Shown: positions 48,555 through 63,045, numbered from the stretch's first letter. The stretch is 64,000 bases of DNA from Lingula anatina (GCA_051362555.1 CM120644.1:876954-940953), one strand, 5' to 3'. Numbers and translations are program-made. The notes: generated from the letters alone by a model not told the origin.

Positions 48555-51310
48555 ATGCAGAAGAGTTACGATGAGATCCAGCCACAGCCGACCTCGCTGC
48601 GGTTCTTCACGCTATTCGTGGTGCTGTCACAGATCCTGGGGGTACTGGTGGTGGTGATGGTCGGGGTATGGATGGGTCACTTCCACGGGGGGTTTGGCTG
48701 GATGGAGAACCCTGGGCTAGAGTTTAACTACCACCCCTTGTTTATGGTCTTGGGGCTGGTGTTCTTGTATGGAGATGGTGAGTGTGATGGACAGAGGGTG
48801 GACCTCTCCTGTGTCCTAGGGTGTATTCCCAGAGATTTAGATCGATCCAGGGATTAAGATTTAGATCGACCTAACTCCCTGGGGGTTTAAGTTAAATTGC
48901 AGACAGCCGAGCGGACACCATAGTTAATTACCCCCTTACAGCTTTTAGTAGGCCGGACAGACGCTTAAGCCAGCTAAGCTGACAGTAATCTAGTGAGACT
49001 CCCCACAGGGATAGATCGATCTAAAATCTATGGAAATGGGGTCCTAGACACTTTGGACACTTTTAATTTGTTCAGATGTTCTACACAGTCTAGTTTGGCT
49101 AAAAAAAAGAGTGTAAAATTTGTTTTTAGTTAAATTTATAGTTTGATTCAAATGTTCCACACGTTCTAGTTTGGCTAAGAAAAAGTGGAAAATTTGTGTT
49201 GTTTTTAGTTAAATTTATAGTTTGATTCAAATGTTCCACATGTTCTAATTTGGCTAAGAAAAAGTGGAAAATTTGTGTTGTTTTTAGTTAAATTTATAGT
49301 TTGATTCAAATGTTCCACATGTTCTAATTTGGCTAAGAAAAAGTGGAAAATTTGTGTTGTTTTTAGTTAAATTTATAGTTTGATTCAAATGTTCCACACG
49401 TTCTAATTTGGCTATGAAAAAGTGGAAAATGTGTTGTTTTTAGTTAAATTTACAGTTTCATTCAAATGTTCCACACGTTCTAGTTTAACTAAGAAAAAGT
49501 GGAAAATTTGTGTTGTTTTTAGGAAATTTTATAGTTTAGTCGACCTTGAAATTTTTAATTTGGTATTGTACTAGTTTGTGTGGTCAAGCAAGATGTATAA
49601 TAAATGAAAGAAAGGACTTTTTCCAAATGAAAATTTTGAACTGAAACTATGATAGTTTTTGCTGCAAACAGTCATATTTTCTCAACTTTCCTCATTCAAA
49701 TGAGAGCTGGTGTGTTTAAGATAGCAATATGTGGTGTGTTTAAAAATACAGCTTTCTCTTTAGAAGAGTAAGTTTTGTCCATTTGCTCAACTTACTCATC
49801 AGAGCTGGCGTCATGTTTGAACATTTTTTGTTGTCATTAAAATGTGTATCGCAAGTACTAATTCATAGGCATTGTCATAGTTATTATAAAATATGTACTG
49901 TACTAGGCCTAGTTTACAAACAAAAAAGTCTAAAACTGAAATCTATTTCCAGCCATGTTAGCGTACCGCGTCTTCCGCTACGAGAGGAAGCTGTACATCA
50001 AGATAGTCCACACCTGTCTCCATGCGGGAGCCATCATATTTGCAGCTGTGGGACTGAAAGCCGTGTTCGACTCTCACAATCTCGCCAAACCCAAGCCCAT
50101 CCCCAATCTGTACAGCTGGCATGCCTGGATGGGTCTCGCCACTGTGATTCTCTTTGCCAGTCAGGTATTGCTGGGACAGACACTTTCTATGATAAAAACT
50201 TGAAAACTGAAAGTCTGTCTGGAAAATTTTATTTGAAGACGATTCTCTGCTTACACTTTGAAAATTGTGTGAAACTTGAAAATAGGCCTCTTGATAATTT
50301 TGAAAAGTTTGTCCCTGTAAATGAATATTAGTGTTTAGTTCATTGATTAAAATACCTAATCAGTCGCATACATACCTGGTTAAGAAATAGTTGAAAATAT
50401 AAGTAGTTTGGCTTTGGTCAGAAGGTTAGATAAGTTTTAAACCAAGTATGAAGATGGTTTGTTATTGTAACATGAACTCTACCCAAGCTATTTATCTTAA
50501 ACATTGTGCAAAAATAAACTTTTGCTTTTCTTTTTGTTTCTCAAGTGCTTTGAATTTTACTTAATGACATTGAGTGATGAAATGACATCCTTAATGTAAT
50601 AATGACTGGGATTTTCTTTCAGTTTGTCTTTGGCTTTGTAAGCTACCTATGGCCCAAGCTGAGCCAGAATGCGCGAGAGTTGTACATGCCTCTCCACCGT
50701 TTCTGGGGAATGGCGATATACGTCATGGCTATAGCCACAGCCTTCATGGGGATGATAGAAAAAATAGGATTTATTGGTTTGTAAGTATGACAGGTCTTAT
50801 ATTAAACGAACATTATTTGAGATATATGCATGAAAGCTCTAGCAACGGTTTGTATATAGGGAAGAAATCATACATTGTTAATTTGTTTAAAATTAGTTTA
50901 CATTTTAAATTAAATCTATTTTAGATAATAAAATATGTGAGCCTCCACATGCACTGTCCATTTATTCCATTAATGGCATGTGTTGAGGCGTGGAGAGCAT
51001 TGGTAGATTAGTCAGCTCTTCTTTCATGAAGGGTCTGCCATATTTGATCCCTGGATCAGTAAGTCCTTGGATCTTATGTTCTGAATGGTCTCTTATAAAT
51101 GACTATTAATTGGGATATTAAAAGGTTCCCCCCTGTGGTCATTGCAGGACGTCCAGTCTCCAGGACCCTGAGCGACTACTGACCAACATGCTGGGACTGG
51201 CATTGCTGTGTCTGGGTCTGGTGGTCATTTACGTGGTCAGTCACCCAGACTACAAGAGACAACCACTGGCCGAGGAGCAGACGCTACAGCTTCAGGAATA
51301 CCAAGAATAA
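48555..51310 (+). CDS. Cytochrome b561 family transmembrane ascorbate-dependent reductase (CYB561/CYBRD1-like), 251 aa
   Basis: Exons 48555-48777, 49953-50164, 50623-50780 and 51148-51310 in frame. Motifs [46 protein letters not shown], with four heme-ligand His. Confidence 0.92.
48820..49042. mobile_element. MITE (TAGATCGATCTA family), copy 2
   Basis: Homologous to the copies at 43065 and 54499. Confidence 0.8.
49085..49538. repeat. 79-bp minisatellite, about 6 units
   Basis: TTCTAGTTTGGCTAAGAAAAAGTGGAAAATTTGTG... recurs at 49164, 49243, 49322 and onward. Confidence 0.92.
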
Positions 51311-54300
51311 GGGATCATTCCCAGCCCCTATCGTACTAACTGTGGATGGATCTGTCTCCAAGGGGATTCTCTTTAAATTGCAATCAACTTAAGGGGCTGA
51401 GATGTCTGGCACTCCTACTGCTGCTTGAGGGGTAATTAATTATCATTTAACAGCTTCAGAAGGCGTGCTTAAGCTAAAAGCAATTTAGCTAGATCCCCTT
51501 GGAGATGGATCGATCCTGTTAGATCAATCTAGGCATGGGAATCCAGTCGTCCAAGAGTTGGTCTCAGTGATAGTGGTTTCCCATGTGTTTTCCAACTGTG
51601 CTAACAGCTTGACTGGCTTGGTGTTGTGTTCTGGTGTTGTTAAAAACAAGATTGTCAAAGGCATGTTAAGTTTTCCAGAGCACTTAGATAATTTCAGTAG
51701 AAAAGATGTGCTTTCTACAGTGTTTACAGTTACATTCGTCACTTGTTTAACAAATTTTTTTTGACTCTTATTCCACCCTAACTGCAAGTGAATCCAGGAT
51801 CACAGCAGGGGGATGGAGAGTTAATCACAAGTTTATGGATGGGAACTCATAAATACAAAATTTGAGAGGTACTTTTTAATGTGTTTATGTGGCTTCCTAC
51901 AGTGTATAGATATAAATCAGGATTCACATGTGTTTCAACTGGTGCTCATATACATACAGCACATATTGGAGGCATGTAATGAATGATACACTGGTTTTGA
52001 AACAATTTACAACACAGAAATTATCTCTTGCTGTATTTGATCTTTGTGGAGCTCACTTTTTGGTTGGTGGAGTCGTGGCATTCATTCATAAAAATTAGGT
52101 CAGTCTAATTAAAATTATTATTAAAAGACAGTAGGTTACTGTTAGTAATGGTTAACATCTGAGGACAAGTGCTGCTAAAAATTTGCACACTACTAAACAT
52201 TTATCCTCGCTAAAGTTAGATTAATATTTTTAGGCAAGAATTATTGAAAAAGACTAACCTTTGACTTGGCTTTTGAGTCAAGATGTTCCAAGTTGCTGTG
52301 AACTGACAGGACTTAGTGACGCACATTGTAACACAGTGGTAAACTGAAGAATCTCGTACATTTGAGCAAAGCATTAGAACCTGTATTCTGTGTATAGCGT
52401 TTGAAATCATATCAGTTTTGGTTGAAACATTTCAGAGAAGAAAAACTGTGTAAGTTGCCCTTCAGAAAGAACTGACAATTCTTCTTGTTTGGAAGAGAAA
52501 CTAATGTAATGATAACTGTATGTAACTCTGATACTGGAACTTGAGTTAGCAACTGACTGAAGTTGCAGTCTTAACCTGAGACTTCTAGCTAGGAAAATGG
52601 CGTGGATGGACTGGTCACCTGATCTACTGGTACTGTCACATGACTGGCAATCGTCTCCAGTGCCCCTTCCCATGTGTGTGTGAAAGGTAAAACCTGGGGT
52701 CTCCTTTTCTGTTGAGTGGTGGGTTTTCCGTTGCTCCCAGATAGCCTCTTTGATGCCATGTTTGCTCCAGTTTTCCTCCAGATCAAGAATGGGGAAATCC
52801 TTTTCATCTTTTATTTGACCAGTATCTCTGGCATGTGGGGAAATTGCAGTGAAGGTCAGTTGCTAATGTAAGTTCCAATATCAAAGGTATACATAGATAG
52901 CATTCTAATTCTATTGAAATTATAACTCAAAAACATTCACTCATTTGAGAAACTAATATAATTATGGTTAAATAATATGATATTGGTGTTATGTAAATTT
53001 TATTAGTGGTATAACAGTAGATAATATTACATTTGCCCAGGATAACTACTGAACTGCCATCTATTGGTGGCTAAGTACATCATGTGAGAGAATAAAAATT
53101 AAGTGGAAATGTAGTAAGTGTGATAGCTTTTTTTTTTTTTTTTTATATTTTTTAATGTAGGTAATGTAAGTTAATCTCTGCTAGGGTCCATGTGAGGCAT
53201 TCCTGTCTGCTCAATACTTCAGTGAGTGTGTGCTGAGGATTTGAGAGTAGATTATTTTCACTAAAGTCGGACAAATACAGACTGGTTTTCTAAGCAAAAG
53301 AACAGAATTATTGAATTCCCATAGAATTTAAATCATAGGTTATTCTGAATAAAGAGTAGATTGTGATTCCAAAGGCAGGTGTTTATTTGACTAGTCCAAA
53401 AAGTTAATTCATTTTGATGATGCCTTTGGTGTATGTGAAGTGTATTAAATTTGGGGATAATTGTCATCATGTTATATCTGATGTATTCCATTGATATATG
53501 AAACCCAGTGTTGTGCAGTTTCAAATTTACAATGTTATTACTTATTAATTGCCATATAATCTGCCATGTGAGGAAATGACACCTGTGATGTTATTTCTGA
53601 AACACTGTGTAAAAGTTCTTACTGTACATACAAGTGCGGACGGAAGCTGTCTTCTGGGTATTTCAGAAAATGCTCATAATTTTTCAAGTTTACATCTGTC
53701 AGAACACCTGGAATACCTGGATATCCAGAGAAGATGTCGCTCTGTGGTGCAGGTAGAGAGAGCAGGCCAGCTGTGGGAGGAAATTACTGAATGTGAATTG
53801 TGAAACCTTTTGTGAAAAAACTGAAAACATTTGAATACTTCTGTTGATATAAAGTGCTGAGGGAGCTGCCCCAGGAGGAAAATGTCAAATCTGAATTTGT
53901 GAAAAAAACTTGAAGTATATGGATATTTTTTGATACAAATTGTAATTTTTGAGCAGGGGTTGTGATTTTATTGAAGTTTTACAGAAAAATTGGAAGATAT
54001 AAGATGAGAAAAATCACACATCTGCTGTCTCAACATAAATGCCATCCTTGTAGATGTATGAGGTTATCAATATGCTTAATTATGAATGGAGTGAGGTGTA
54101 TAAAAGAAACTATAAAGTTACAAGCTAAAATGTCTTTCAAAATATAATACAGTGAATGAATAATTAGTGTTATATGTTTAAATCTAACTGTAGTGGAATA
54201 TCATATATGATAATTATTCAATGCAAGCTGAAAATGAGTACCATTTGCTTGCGACCAGCATGGACATAAGCCTTCATCAGACTGACCTGAGTTCTTACTA

Positions 54301-54498
54301 TTATCAAGCTAACAGTATGAGATTGTTTTCAGCTGGTGTTATGTAATTATCATATATGATCCAACTACCAAGCTAATGCACATTATTGCTCATGTATTGT
54401 AATATGTTACAAGATATGATGGATATAAGATAAAACTGTTTTTTTCAGCTACTGCTATATTGTACTGTAAAGCAGTAGTGAATGTGTTATCAGTGGTA

Positions 54499-54713
54499 GA
54501 CCCCATTTCCAGAAATTAGATCGATCCACTATAGATCGACCTAACTCCCTGGGGGTTCACGCTAAATAGCTGTCAGCCGAGCGGACCCGAAAGTTAATTA
54601 CCCCCTTACAGCTTGTAGTAGGCGGGACGGACATTTAAGCCGGATTATCTGACAGTAATCTAGTGAGACTCCCTGCGGGGATAGATCGATCTAAAAGCTC
54701 TGGGAATACAGCC
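54499..54713. mobile_element. MITE (TAGATCGATCTA family), copy 3
   Basis: GACCCCATTTCCAGAAATTAGATCGATC...GATCGATCTAAAAGCTCTGGGAATACAGCC. Confidence 0.8.
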
Positions 54714-54751
54714 GTAGATGTAAGATTTTGTTACAGGTGGAAGGGAAGGGT

Positions 54752-54930
54752 AAGCCCCATTCAGAGTAGGGGACTAACTAGTCCCAGGGTCAAATGTGGC
54801 AACCCACTACAAAGCTTGTCATCTCATCCGCTAATAAACACTGAATAGATTCCCCGTGTGGAAGTATTCAAGTGGGTCGGCCATATCTGACCATCGGACT
54901 AGTTAGTACCCTGTTCTGTATGGGACCTTA
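54752..54930. mobile_element. MITE with GACTAACTAGTCC inverted repeats
   Basis: Related copy at about 58450-58643. Confidence 0.6.
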
Positions 54931-55368
54931 GATTGCTCCTCACCTGACATTGCTTGCCATTTTACATGCAGATCAGTTTTTTATTTAACTTTTTTTGGGA
55001 GTGGGGTTCAGTGGAGTTTGAAGTTAAGAGCCGAGCACTGTGAACAGCATTTAAGAAATGATATATTTTATACACAAGTCAGTCAGCCCTAACTATTGCA
55101 CCAGTCATATAGAGAAAATGAGGACCTGTACATGTATATGGATTTTTTTTTTTTAGAAAGTGCAATACTTACCCAGCTCATGTTGAGATACAGTCTGTGT
55201 TAGGAAGAAAAGTTACATTTAAGGCACCAGACAGTTTTTCTTAATTTCAGTACAGTAATTGTTGATTTATAGGCACTGAAGGAATTAATTAATAACCATT
55301 TTAATTATTCTATCGGTTAGAATTATTGTAAATATACTGTTCAAACTGAAAAGTTTTTTTTTGTGAAA

Positions 55369-55585
55369 ATTTGATGGCGTCGCACTACCAGATGAGGTGG
55401 AATAGTTTGTAATGTGTAACCAGAACTGAAATCCTCGGCAAGTTTTTTTTTTTTAATATATTCATATGAGGAGAAATGACTTTTATTCTGACTCGGTACT
55501 CTAAGTGCAATACTCACAAGCACGTCAACTAGTAGGTACACAGATAAAGTTATACGATTGTTAGAATTTTTACGTTGTCAAACCT
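55369..55585. repeat. About 215-bp dispersed repeat, second copy at 58223-58437
   Basis: ATTTGATGGCGTCGCACTACC...TGTCAAACCT nearly identical in both places. Confidence 0.85.
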
Positions 55586-58055
55586 GAAGCACCAAGAAAT
55601 AATAAATGTATCAAGTGTTGTACCTGAATGTTCCTTCAGCGTTATTTTGTCTGTAATCTTTCTTTAGAAATTTCACATAAAACGGTGGCAGGGGTTGGAA
55701 AGAGAGGGCTGGGCGGGGCGGGGGGGGGGGGGGGTTATCAGATAAAACCAAAATCTTCAATTCAGCAGAGAGGCACGGCAAACGTAAGAGGTTACTACAG
55801 AGCGCTTCCATTGTCTGCCGAAACTTTACATAAGTCCTACTTATTTTGCTTTTCCTTCATATTATACTTTATTAAGAATATATTATCTTCAAATGAATCC
55901 CCTTACCAACTTCTTACCTAAAACTTGACAATATCAGATGATAACCCTACTTCATGGAAAATATATGAGATCCTGCGTATCTCACGTTGATTGGGGCGTG
56001 ACTTTTAGTTAAACTACTAAATTGAAATGTGTATACTGAGACTTGGACTGAAGATTCTGTTGACGGCGCTCTGTATTAGAACATACCCGTATTCTATACG
56101 TAATCAACGTAAGTCTACTTCTATGGTATAACAAATTACGCATTGTGTATTTCGGCCTATAATGCTGTCTACGTGAATAGTAATACGTTCTAAGGTTACA
56201 TATGGCTCTAGCCTAGGGGTAGCTACAACAGTCTTTCCTGGAAGTAGCAAGAATGATAAAATACCAAAGTGCAATAAATTAAATGAACCCGAGGTGTACC
56301 TGTCATCCTTGCACCGCCATCAGTATTTATTTTCTTACCAACGTCTTCTGGGGATTCTGGATGATGATAAAATGTTGCAATATCCTTTATTTCCTGACGC
56401 AACTCCTCGAGTAGCTAGTTAATTAGTTAATTATCCAACCCAAGAAGGCATGTCAGATATTTAAACCGCGATTAAAGTGATTGCACTTAGGGAGAATATC
56501 CTGCTGAGTTAGATCGATGTAGCTTGTGCGATAGGTTTATGTGAACGCTCCCATATATAATAGTTTAGGCAGCAGTTTTCGTTCTTACAGGCAAATTCAA
56601 CATACTAGCATGATCAGAGTTTATTTATTTATTTATTTATTTATTTATATCTGAAGCTGGGTCTTGCAGTATGAGCAGTCTACGATATGCCCGTCTAACC
56701 TAAGTGTAGGAATCAGAATAATGAAGTTAATGATTCACCTAATGACGGTCCCAGATAGTCGCTGTTATTGGGATGGGTCGACTCCGCACGTGACGTCCCT
56801 GATTAACGTTACCCCCGCTACTATATAGGACCATAACAGATAGAGCGGAAAGGCAACCTGTCATTTACGGCAAAACGGCGACAAGGGCAGGTAAAGTTCA
56901 GCACTGCTTGTGTGTTGATGTTTTGAATTTTCTTATTGTTTATACTCAGGGGTATATCGTACGCCAAGCTTGCGCGCGAATGAGTGCACGTGTGTGTGTG
57001 TGTGTGTGTGGGCGTGTTTGGGAACAAGCGTGCATGTGCAATATGAAACGGACAATCGTATTTACCGAATGAGACAAGAGTATAGGCCTATCAAGATATC
57101 CCATTTTGGCATGCATTTTCCTTGTAATTTTTCAATAAGGGCACACGATTATGTTGATTTTAAGCAGTAATTGCAATGTGATTACGTTTTGACATTAAGA
57201 AGAATGTGAAGACTTCAGAAGGATGGTTCATTTATATGATGGCTAGTATGTGGAGAGAGAGAGAGAGAGGGAGAGAGAAAGAATTGCCGCTATAAGCAGT
57301 TTATGCAGTGCTAGTTAAGCATAGATAAAATCGTTTATATGGTATGGCAACTTAACTAAGAATGTATTTTCTGTGCTTGCCTGAACATTTATAATACTGT
57401 CCGTAGTCACACACACACACACATTACTGGGCATGTCCGTCACTATTTTTCTGGAAATGCCCTGCTATCGGTGTTGGTGAAGGCGTGTAAAATACCCATC
57501 AGGATTTTTCTCTAGAAAAACAAATTTTTTCTCCTGTCAGAAATGAATTTCATCAGCTGTGTTACATATTGAAATTGTATGCCTCCACTGTCAGTTCAAG
57601 CATCTTCATCAAGGCTAGAAAAAACTGAAAAGCAACTGGTAAAATTTAAGAATCACCTGGCAAACATCACAATATTGGAGGTAAACAAATTCATTATTTA
57701 GCTGTTGATTGAAGAACAATTTTCTTTATTCTTCATGACGAACTCTAAAACTGTTTCATTTCTACACAAGGTAAAAGCGCACCTGGAAGACTCTCGTCCC
57801 AATACTTGGGACTTCACCTCCGGCTTATGAATTCTATCTCAACCCACCCTTGCACCCGGACCCTCGTATTATGTTCTTCCTAATTAAATAATTAGATAAC
57901 GCAGTGCTAATTGACTGGCCAGATGTCACACCTCTCTACTTTCCTGCACATTTTAGAAGGTACAATCGACGCCAGGTACTTTTTATTTGAGTTTTTTTTT
58001 TATTTTTAAGGCTGAACTGCGAGAGTTAAGGATCTCTACAGGTCGTTGAGACAAA

Positions 58056-58643
58056 GACCCCATTCTCAGAGATTAGATCGATCTACTTTAGATCGACCTA
58101 AATCCCTGGGGGTTCACGCTGAATAGCTGTCAGCCGAGCGGGCACGAAAGTTAATTCCCCCCTCACAGCTTGTAGTAGGCGGGACAGACATTTAAGCCAG
58201 ATTATCTGACAGTAATTTAATAATTTGATGGCGTCGCACTACCAGATGAGGTGGAATAGTTTGTAATGTGTAATCAGAACTGAAATCCTCGGCTAGTTTT
58301 TTTAAAATATATTCATATGAGGAGAAATGACTTTTGTTCTGACTCGGTACTTCAAGTGCAATACTCACAAGCACGTCTACTAGTACGTACACAGATAAAG
58401 TTACACGATTGTAAGAATTTTTACTTTGTCAAACCTAGGCATAGACAATTGCTACATTCAGAATAGTGGACAGTCGACTAACTAGTCCGAGGGTCAAATA
58501 TGGAGACCTACTAAAAAAAGAACTTGCCGTCTAATCTGGTAACAGACCATGGACACTGAATAGATTTCCCGCTTGGAAGTATTCATGTGGGTCGGACATA
58601 TCTGACACGTTAACTAGTTAGTCCGATGTTCTGAACGCGGCCA
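58056..58643. mobile_element. Composite of three repeats: truncated TAGATCGATCTA MITE, 215-bp repeat and GACTAACTAGTCC MITE
   Basis: Segments match 54499-54660, 55369-55585 and 54752-54930 respectively. Confidence 0.7.
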
Positions 58644-60888
58644 TAGAGAAATGAGTCCACAAAGCGGCAATACACAGTTAGAGGCTTACACCGTGGCGGA
58701 GGGGACGAGTTAATCATCAACTGTTCTTTAAATAGTACGGATGAAGACAGATATAATCTTTTCAGTTCATCCCGTTATATCAGTGTGCATGACATATGGA
58801 ATAATTGGAAGAGTTTGGGTACATGTGCACGCACACACACACACGCGCACATACACACACAAAAGGAGCGGCACGCAAAGAATCGTTGAACCGAGCAGGG
58901 CCGAGCTATCTTCAGTGTAAACACGCCTTCTGTCAGCATTAGCGTCGGCTACCCACGTGTCGTTTTTAAGTACCAGCATATGAGGGCACACTGGGTGAAA
59001 CATACCGAAAATAATAACTTGATTACATTTCATGACTATTAAGTCAATGTTGAGATATACTTTAAAAATGAATAAAATGCACGTGGTCGAAGAGTTGTCA
59101 ATCGTTTAAATTTTTTTCCTGCATCTTAAGCAACCATCGAAGTATGTCCTAATATACATGGAAGGGGAATCGTGCTGAATTGTCTCAGTTTGACAGCAAT
59201 GGTTGTCGTAGGAATGTAAGTCCGGGCTTCCATGTATTTTGTTCAGGTCACGGTTAGCCGGAGTATGGGTTTTGTACCCCCGGGGATATATGGGACAAAT
59301 GTCACCTGTAGAAATTAACGGTGATCGGACTGCGGTTCTTAGCGGACTACCATACCTGTCACACCGGCCGTGCCGAGTCAGATCTGAAATGCGCAGCTGA
59401 ACTGCAATCAGGCGACCGTGTGAACGTGTCCCAGTGCCGTAGGCCTACAATGGGTTAGATAAGGAACCCGTCTTTGAAGTATTTGTGTTATGTTATCACT
59501 CCCAGGCGGTTCATCATTAGATTAACTGTCCTCTTCTAATGTTTACTAGACCAAGGGTTCACGCGTTGGTATTGTTTAGGGACCGAGTTGGGGGTGGATG
59601 GGGGGGGGGGGGGGGGGGGGGGTCAGGGGTGCGTTTTCAATCAGATTAATTAGGTTGACATAATTTAGGGAGGCCACCTGATCGCAATGTCTGTAACCTA
59701 GCTTGGGAAACCCGTCTATTTTCGCGCCGCCTGTATACATTATCCTTGCTCTGGTAGGCCTATATATGTCTGTTGAAATATAGATTGATAACAGTATATC
59801 AGAAAATAACTTGAACACTTATTTTGTACATATTTTTTGTGATATGTGCAGGGTGGTACAATGCAGGGATTAGACTGGCTTGTTACGGTGAGCTTCTCGT
59901 AATAAGGAGCTCGAGGACTGTAGAGATTGCATATAATAAGATCGTCCGAGCCACATTAAAATAATAATAATTTACCTCTCTGTTTCTTTATTTCCCGATG
60001 GACAATTAACTCAATCACAATCACCTCAAGTCCTGTTTACCTGCATCATTTCAGAGAAATCGTCCTCAGACCTTCATCCGTCAGAATGGACTACAGCACA
60101 GAGCTCAATTCCCGGCCCCGGCAGCCAGCGTCCTCATTCACATATTTCTGGCTCATCTTCGCCCTGTCCCAAGCCCTGGGGGTGGCATTCGTGGTAATGT
60201 TGGGAGTGTGGCTTTACAAATACCAAAAGGGGTTCGCGTGGACGGAGAAACCCGAGATTGAGTTCAACTACCACCCTCTGTTCATGGTGATAGGGCTAGT
60301 GTTTCTGTATGGAGAGGGTAAGGCGCCATTTCAGTCAATTTTGGAACACAAAGCATTTTGGTCAGATCAAAATCGTCTGGAATTAGAGGAAAGCCAAAAT
60401 GGCCGCCAACAGGTACAACTATGTTTGAGGACAGCTCTTTGAGATCGCTGAATCGCCTAAACCATCGCATCCGTGGTACAAATTAAGTAGCATTCTAATG
60501 CAGGTAGTCTTATATACATGTATACAGTCTAAACATATAAGAATGACAAACCTTGTAATTAAATATTCACTCGCACAGTAGCGCATTGAAAATCAACCTG
60601 AATAATATAATAAATTCAATAAATCTGATCATGTTTGTATCAACCCTCTATCCCAGGTATTCTGGTGTACAGAGTGTTCCGAAATCAAAAGAAGATCTAC
60701 ATCAAAGTGGTCCACGCCTCCATGCAGGCCATTGTCGTCATCTTCATCATAGTGGGGTTGAAGGCAGTCTTTGACTCCCACAACCTGGTCCAGTACAAGA
60801 TTGCCAACCTGTATAGTATTCACAGCTGGCTGGGGCTAGCGACCATTATACTGTTTGGGTTGCAGGTAAATACCGTGGTCTCCCCCCA

Positions 60889-60922
60889 TCTCTCTCTCTC
60901 TCTCTCTCTCTCTCTGACATGT

Positions 60923-60986
<64 letters not shown>
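60889..60986. repeat. Compound (CT)n/(CA)n/(CT)n microsatellite
   Basis: Directly visible. Confidence 0.95.
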
Positions 60987-60989
<3 letters not shown>

Positions 60990-61581
60990 ATGTGTTTTAT
61001 CGAGTTGGTTCCTTTTAAGTAGACAAACTCAGTATCAATTTCTCAATCATCCAAAAGATAGACGTGCAAGCAAATATACAAACTTGAAACGAACAAACGT
61101 AGAACATTAAAAAATGGACGAGAAGACGGAAAAAATCTGTAAGCCCGAGTGTTAACATTTGACGGTTGACATAACTTCGCGATAACATCCAGTATTTGGG
61201 TACACGTGGACTTTGAAAGCACCCGCCATAACGTGACCTAATTCACACCCGTTGACCTAATTTGAGCATTTGTTTGTAAACCTAGTATAAACAATTAAAG
61301 AGGCCGTGAGGATGTGGCACTGGTTTTGAGGCTGCGTTCCCGTGGTTGCTTGCCTCCTAACGTAAGAAGTAGACACTTCGATCACCCCAGCGTGAAATCG
61401 CTTTTTTATTCGATATCATTTTTATTTTTTGCTGGTGGTAGTTTGGGAGGGGATCAAAATGCTTTAATGCGTCCAATGAAGATAGGGGTATTATTTTGAG
61501 CAGGCCATAACAGAGGCACACCCTTCTATCTTTAACAACGCCCTAGGCATTTGGACAAGAGGAAGGCGAGGGCGTGTGAGA

Positions 61582-61842
61582 CTGGGTTCCCATATACCTG
61601 GATCGATCTGACAGGATTGGTCCATCTGCACAGGGTTTCTCGCTCAATTGCTTTCAGCCTACATGTATGTGGCTTAGATGTCTGACACGCCTACTAAAGC
61701 TGCTAAACGAAAGTTAATTACCCCCTATCAGCGTCAGTAGGCGTGACAGACATCTAAGCCACATAAGCTGAAAGCAATTGAGCGAGAAACCCCGTGTAGA
61801 TTGTTCGATTCAAAATTAGTACGATAGTCTCTGGGAATGGTC
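61582..61842. mobile_element. Diverged relative of the TAGATCGATCTA MITE family with a long internal inverted repeat
   Basis: GGGTTTCTCGCTCAATTGCTTTCAGC / GCTGAAAGCAATTGAGCGAGAAACCC; shares the CGAAAGTTAATTACCCC core. Confidence 0.65.
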
Positions 61843-62761
61843 TCTTGCCGGCACCATGTTATGTCGTCCGATCACCGCTGGAAATTTAAACGATAGCTGC
61901 AAGTTTGGTCGGCTTGTCAGAATTCGAAGGCCACAAGTGGATTAAGATATCAACAAGATTGCGATAAAAACTATTTGCATGTAGTAGAAAACAAGCTTTG
62001 GATTTCAGGATACGTGTACGCGTTGATAACTATAGGCAGTCAACACAAGTAAGTACACGTGAACGTACAAAGGGAATGTTTTTACATTCACACTCACAGA
62101 TTCAGACATTTTGGTACAGACGTCCTCAGCTTGGCCAAGCACGTGGTCTGAATACAGAGTCAGCTCGTGCAGTTGGCGGGAATACAGGGCGATTATTAGT
62201 TGACGGAGATGAGATAACGGTAGAGTGCGCGTGTACGTGTACTGCTTGTTTTCCATTTAATTCACAATCTTTTTTTTTGTGTGCAGAACGCGCTGAATGC
62301 GGTACGTTACTAACTTTCAGAATATATCCGTTGGAAAGGAAACCTAACTTTAACATAACTGATTCTGAGACAGAATATGAGGGCCCCACGACAAACAACA
62401 AACAAACAAATGAATTTTAAAAAATAATTACATAAATAAATAGATCTACGCCCCTTTAACTTCCCCATCTAGAATGACAATCTAATTTCTAGAGCTCAAA
62501 TCGAAGAATCCGTCACGTGATCACGGTCGTTTGATGGATCGAAACATGGCTAAGAGGTAAAAACACTTTCAGTCATTTCAGAGATTTCCCTTTTTTAACT
62601 ACCTTCTAACATGAGACAACAAAAACCAATTTAACCCTCTTTATTTTCAGTATATATTTGGCTTCGTGGCTTTTATGTATCCCAAGTTGGGCCAAAATGG
62701 CCGCGAGATGCTGATGCCTCTACATCGGTACTGGGGCGTCGCCGTGTATGGGTTGGCTATA

Positions 62762-63045
62762 CCCGCACGAAAATGCAGTAGTATCGAAGTAGTAAAGAAG
62801 CATTAACGCAGTAGTGGTGTGGAGCATATTTGCAGTAGAAATGCAGTAGAGTCTACTTCAATTCTACTTCAAAAATTACATAGGGTTGTACAGAGGAGGA
62901 GCATTAATGCAGTAGATTAGCAGCATGATAGAAGCATGTTTCAAATATGCTAATTAGCTCCCACATCGAAGCAGATTTGAAGCATGTTTGCAGTATGATT
63001 GCAGTAGTCTACTGCGCTGGAGTATCTACTTCGTTTTCTTGCGGG
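62762..63045. mobile_element. 284-bp non-autonomous TIR element (CCC...GGG ends, TA duplication; CMC/EnSpm-like) in a coding exon
   Basis: CCCGCACGAAAATGCAGTAG versus CTACTTCGTTTTCTTGCGGG, with TA on both flanks. Removing the element plus one TA restores GLAI-ATSLMG, matching paralogue 1 [10 protein letters not shown]. Confidence 0.9.

Noticed and set aside
49783-50331. 182-aa ORF overlapping b561 exon 2
   Set aside because: Alternative frame across intron and exon with no recognisable motif.
61998-62420. 140-aa ORF inside b561-2 intron 2
   Set aside because: Non-ATG start, no motifs and no splice support.
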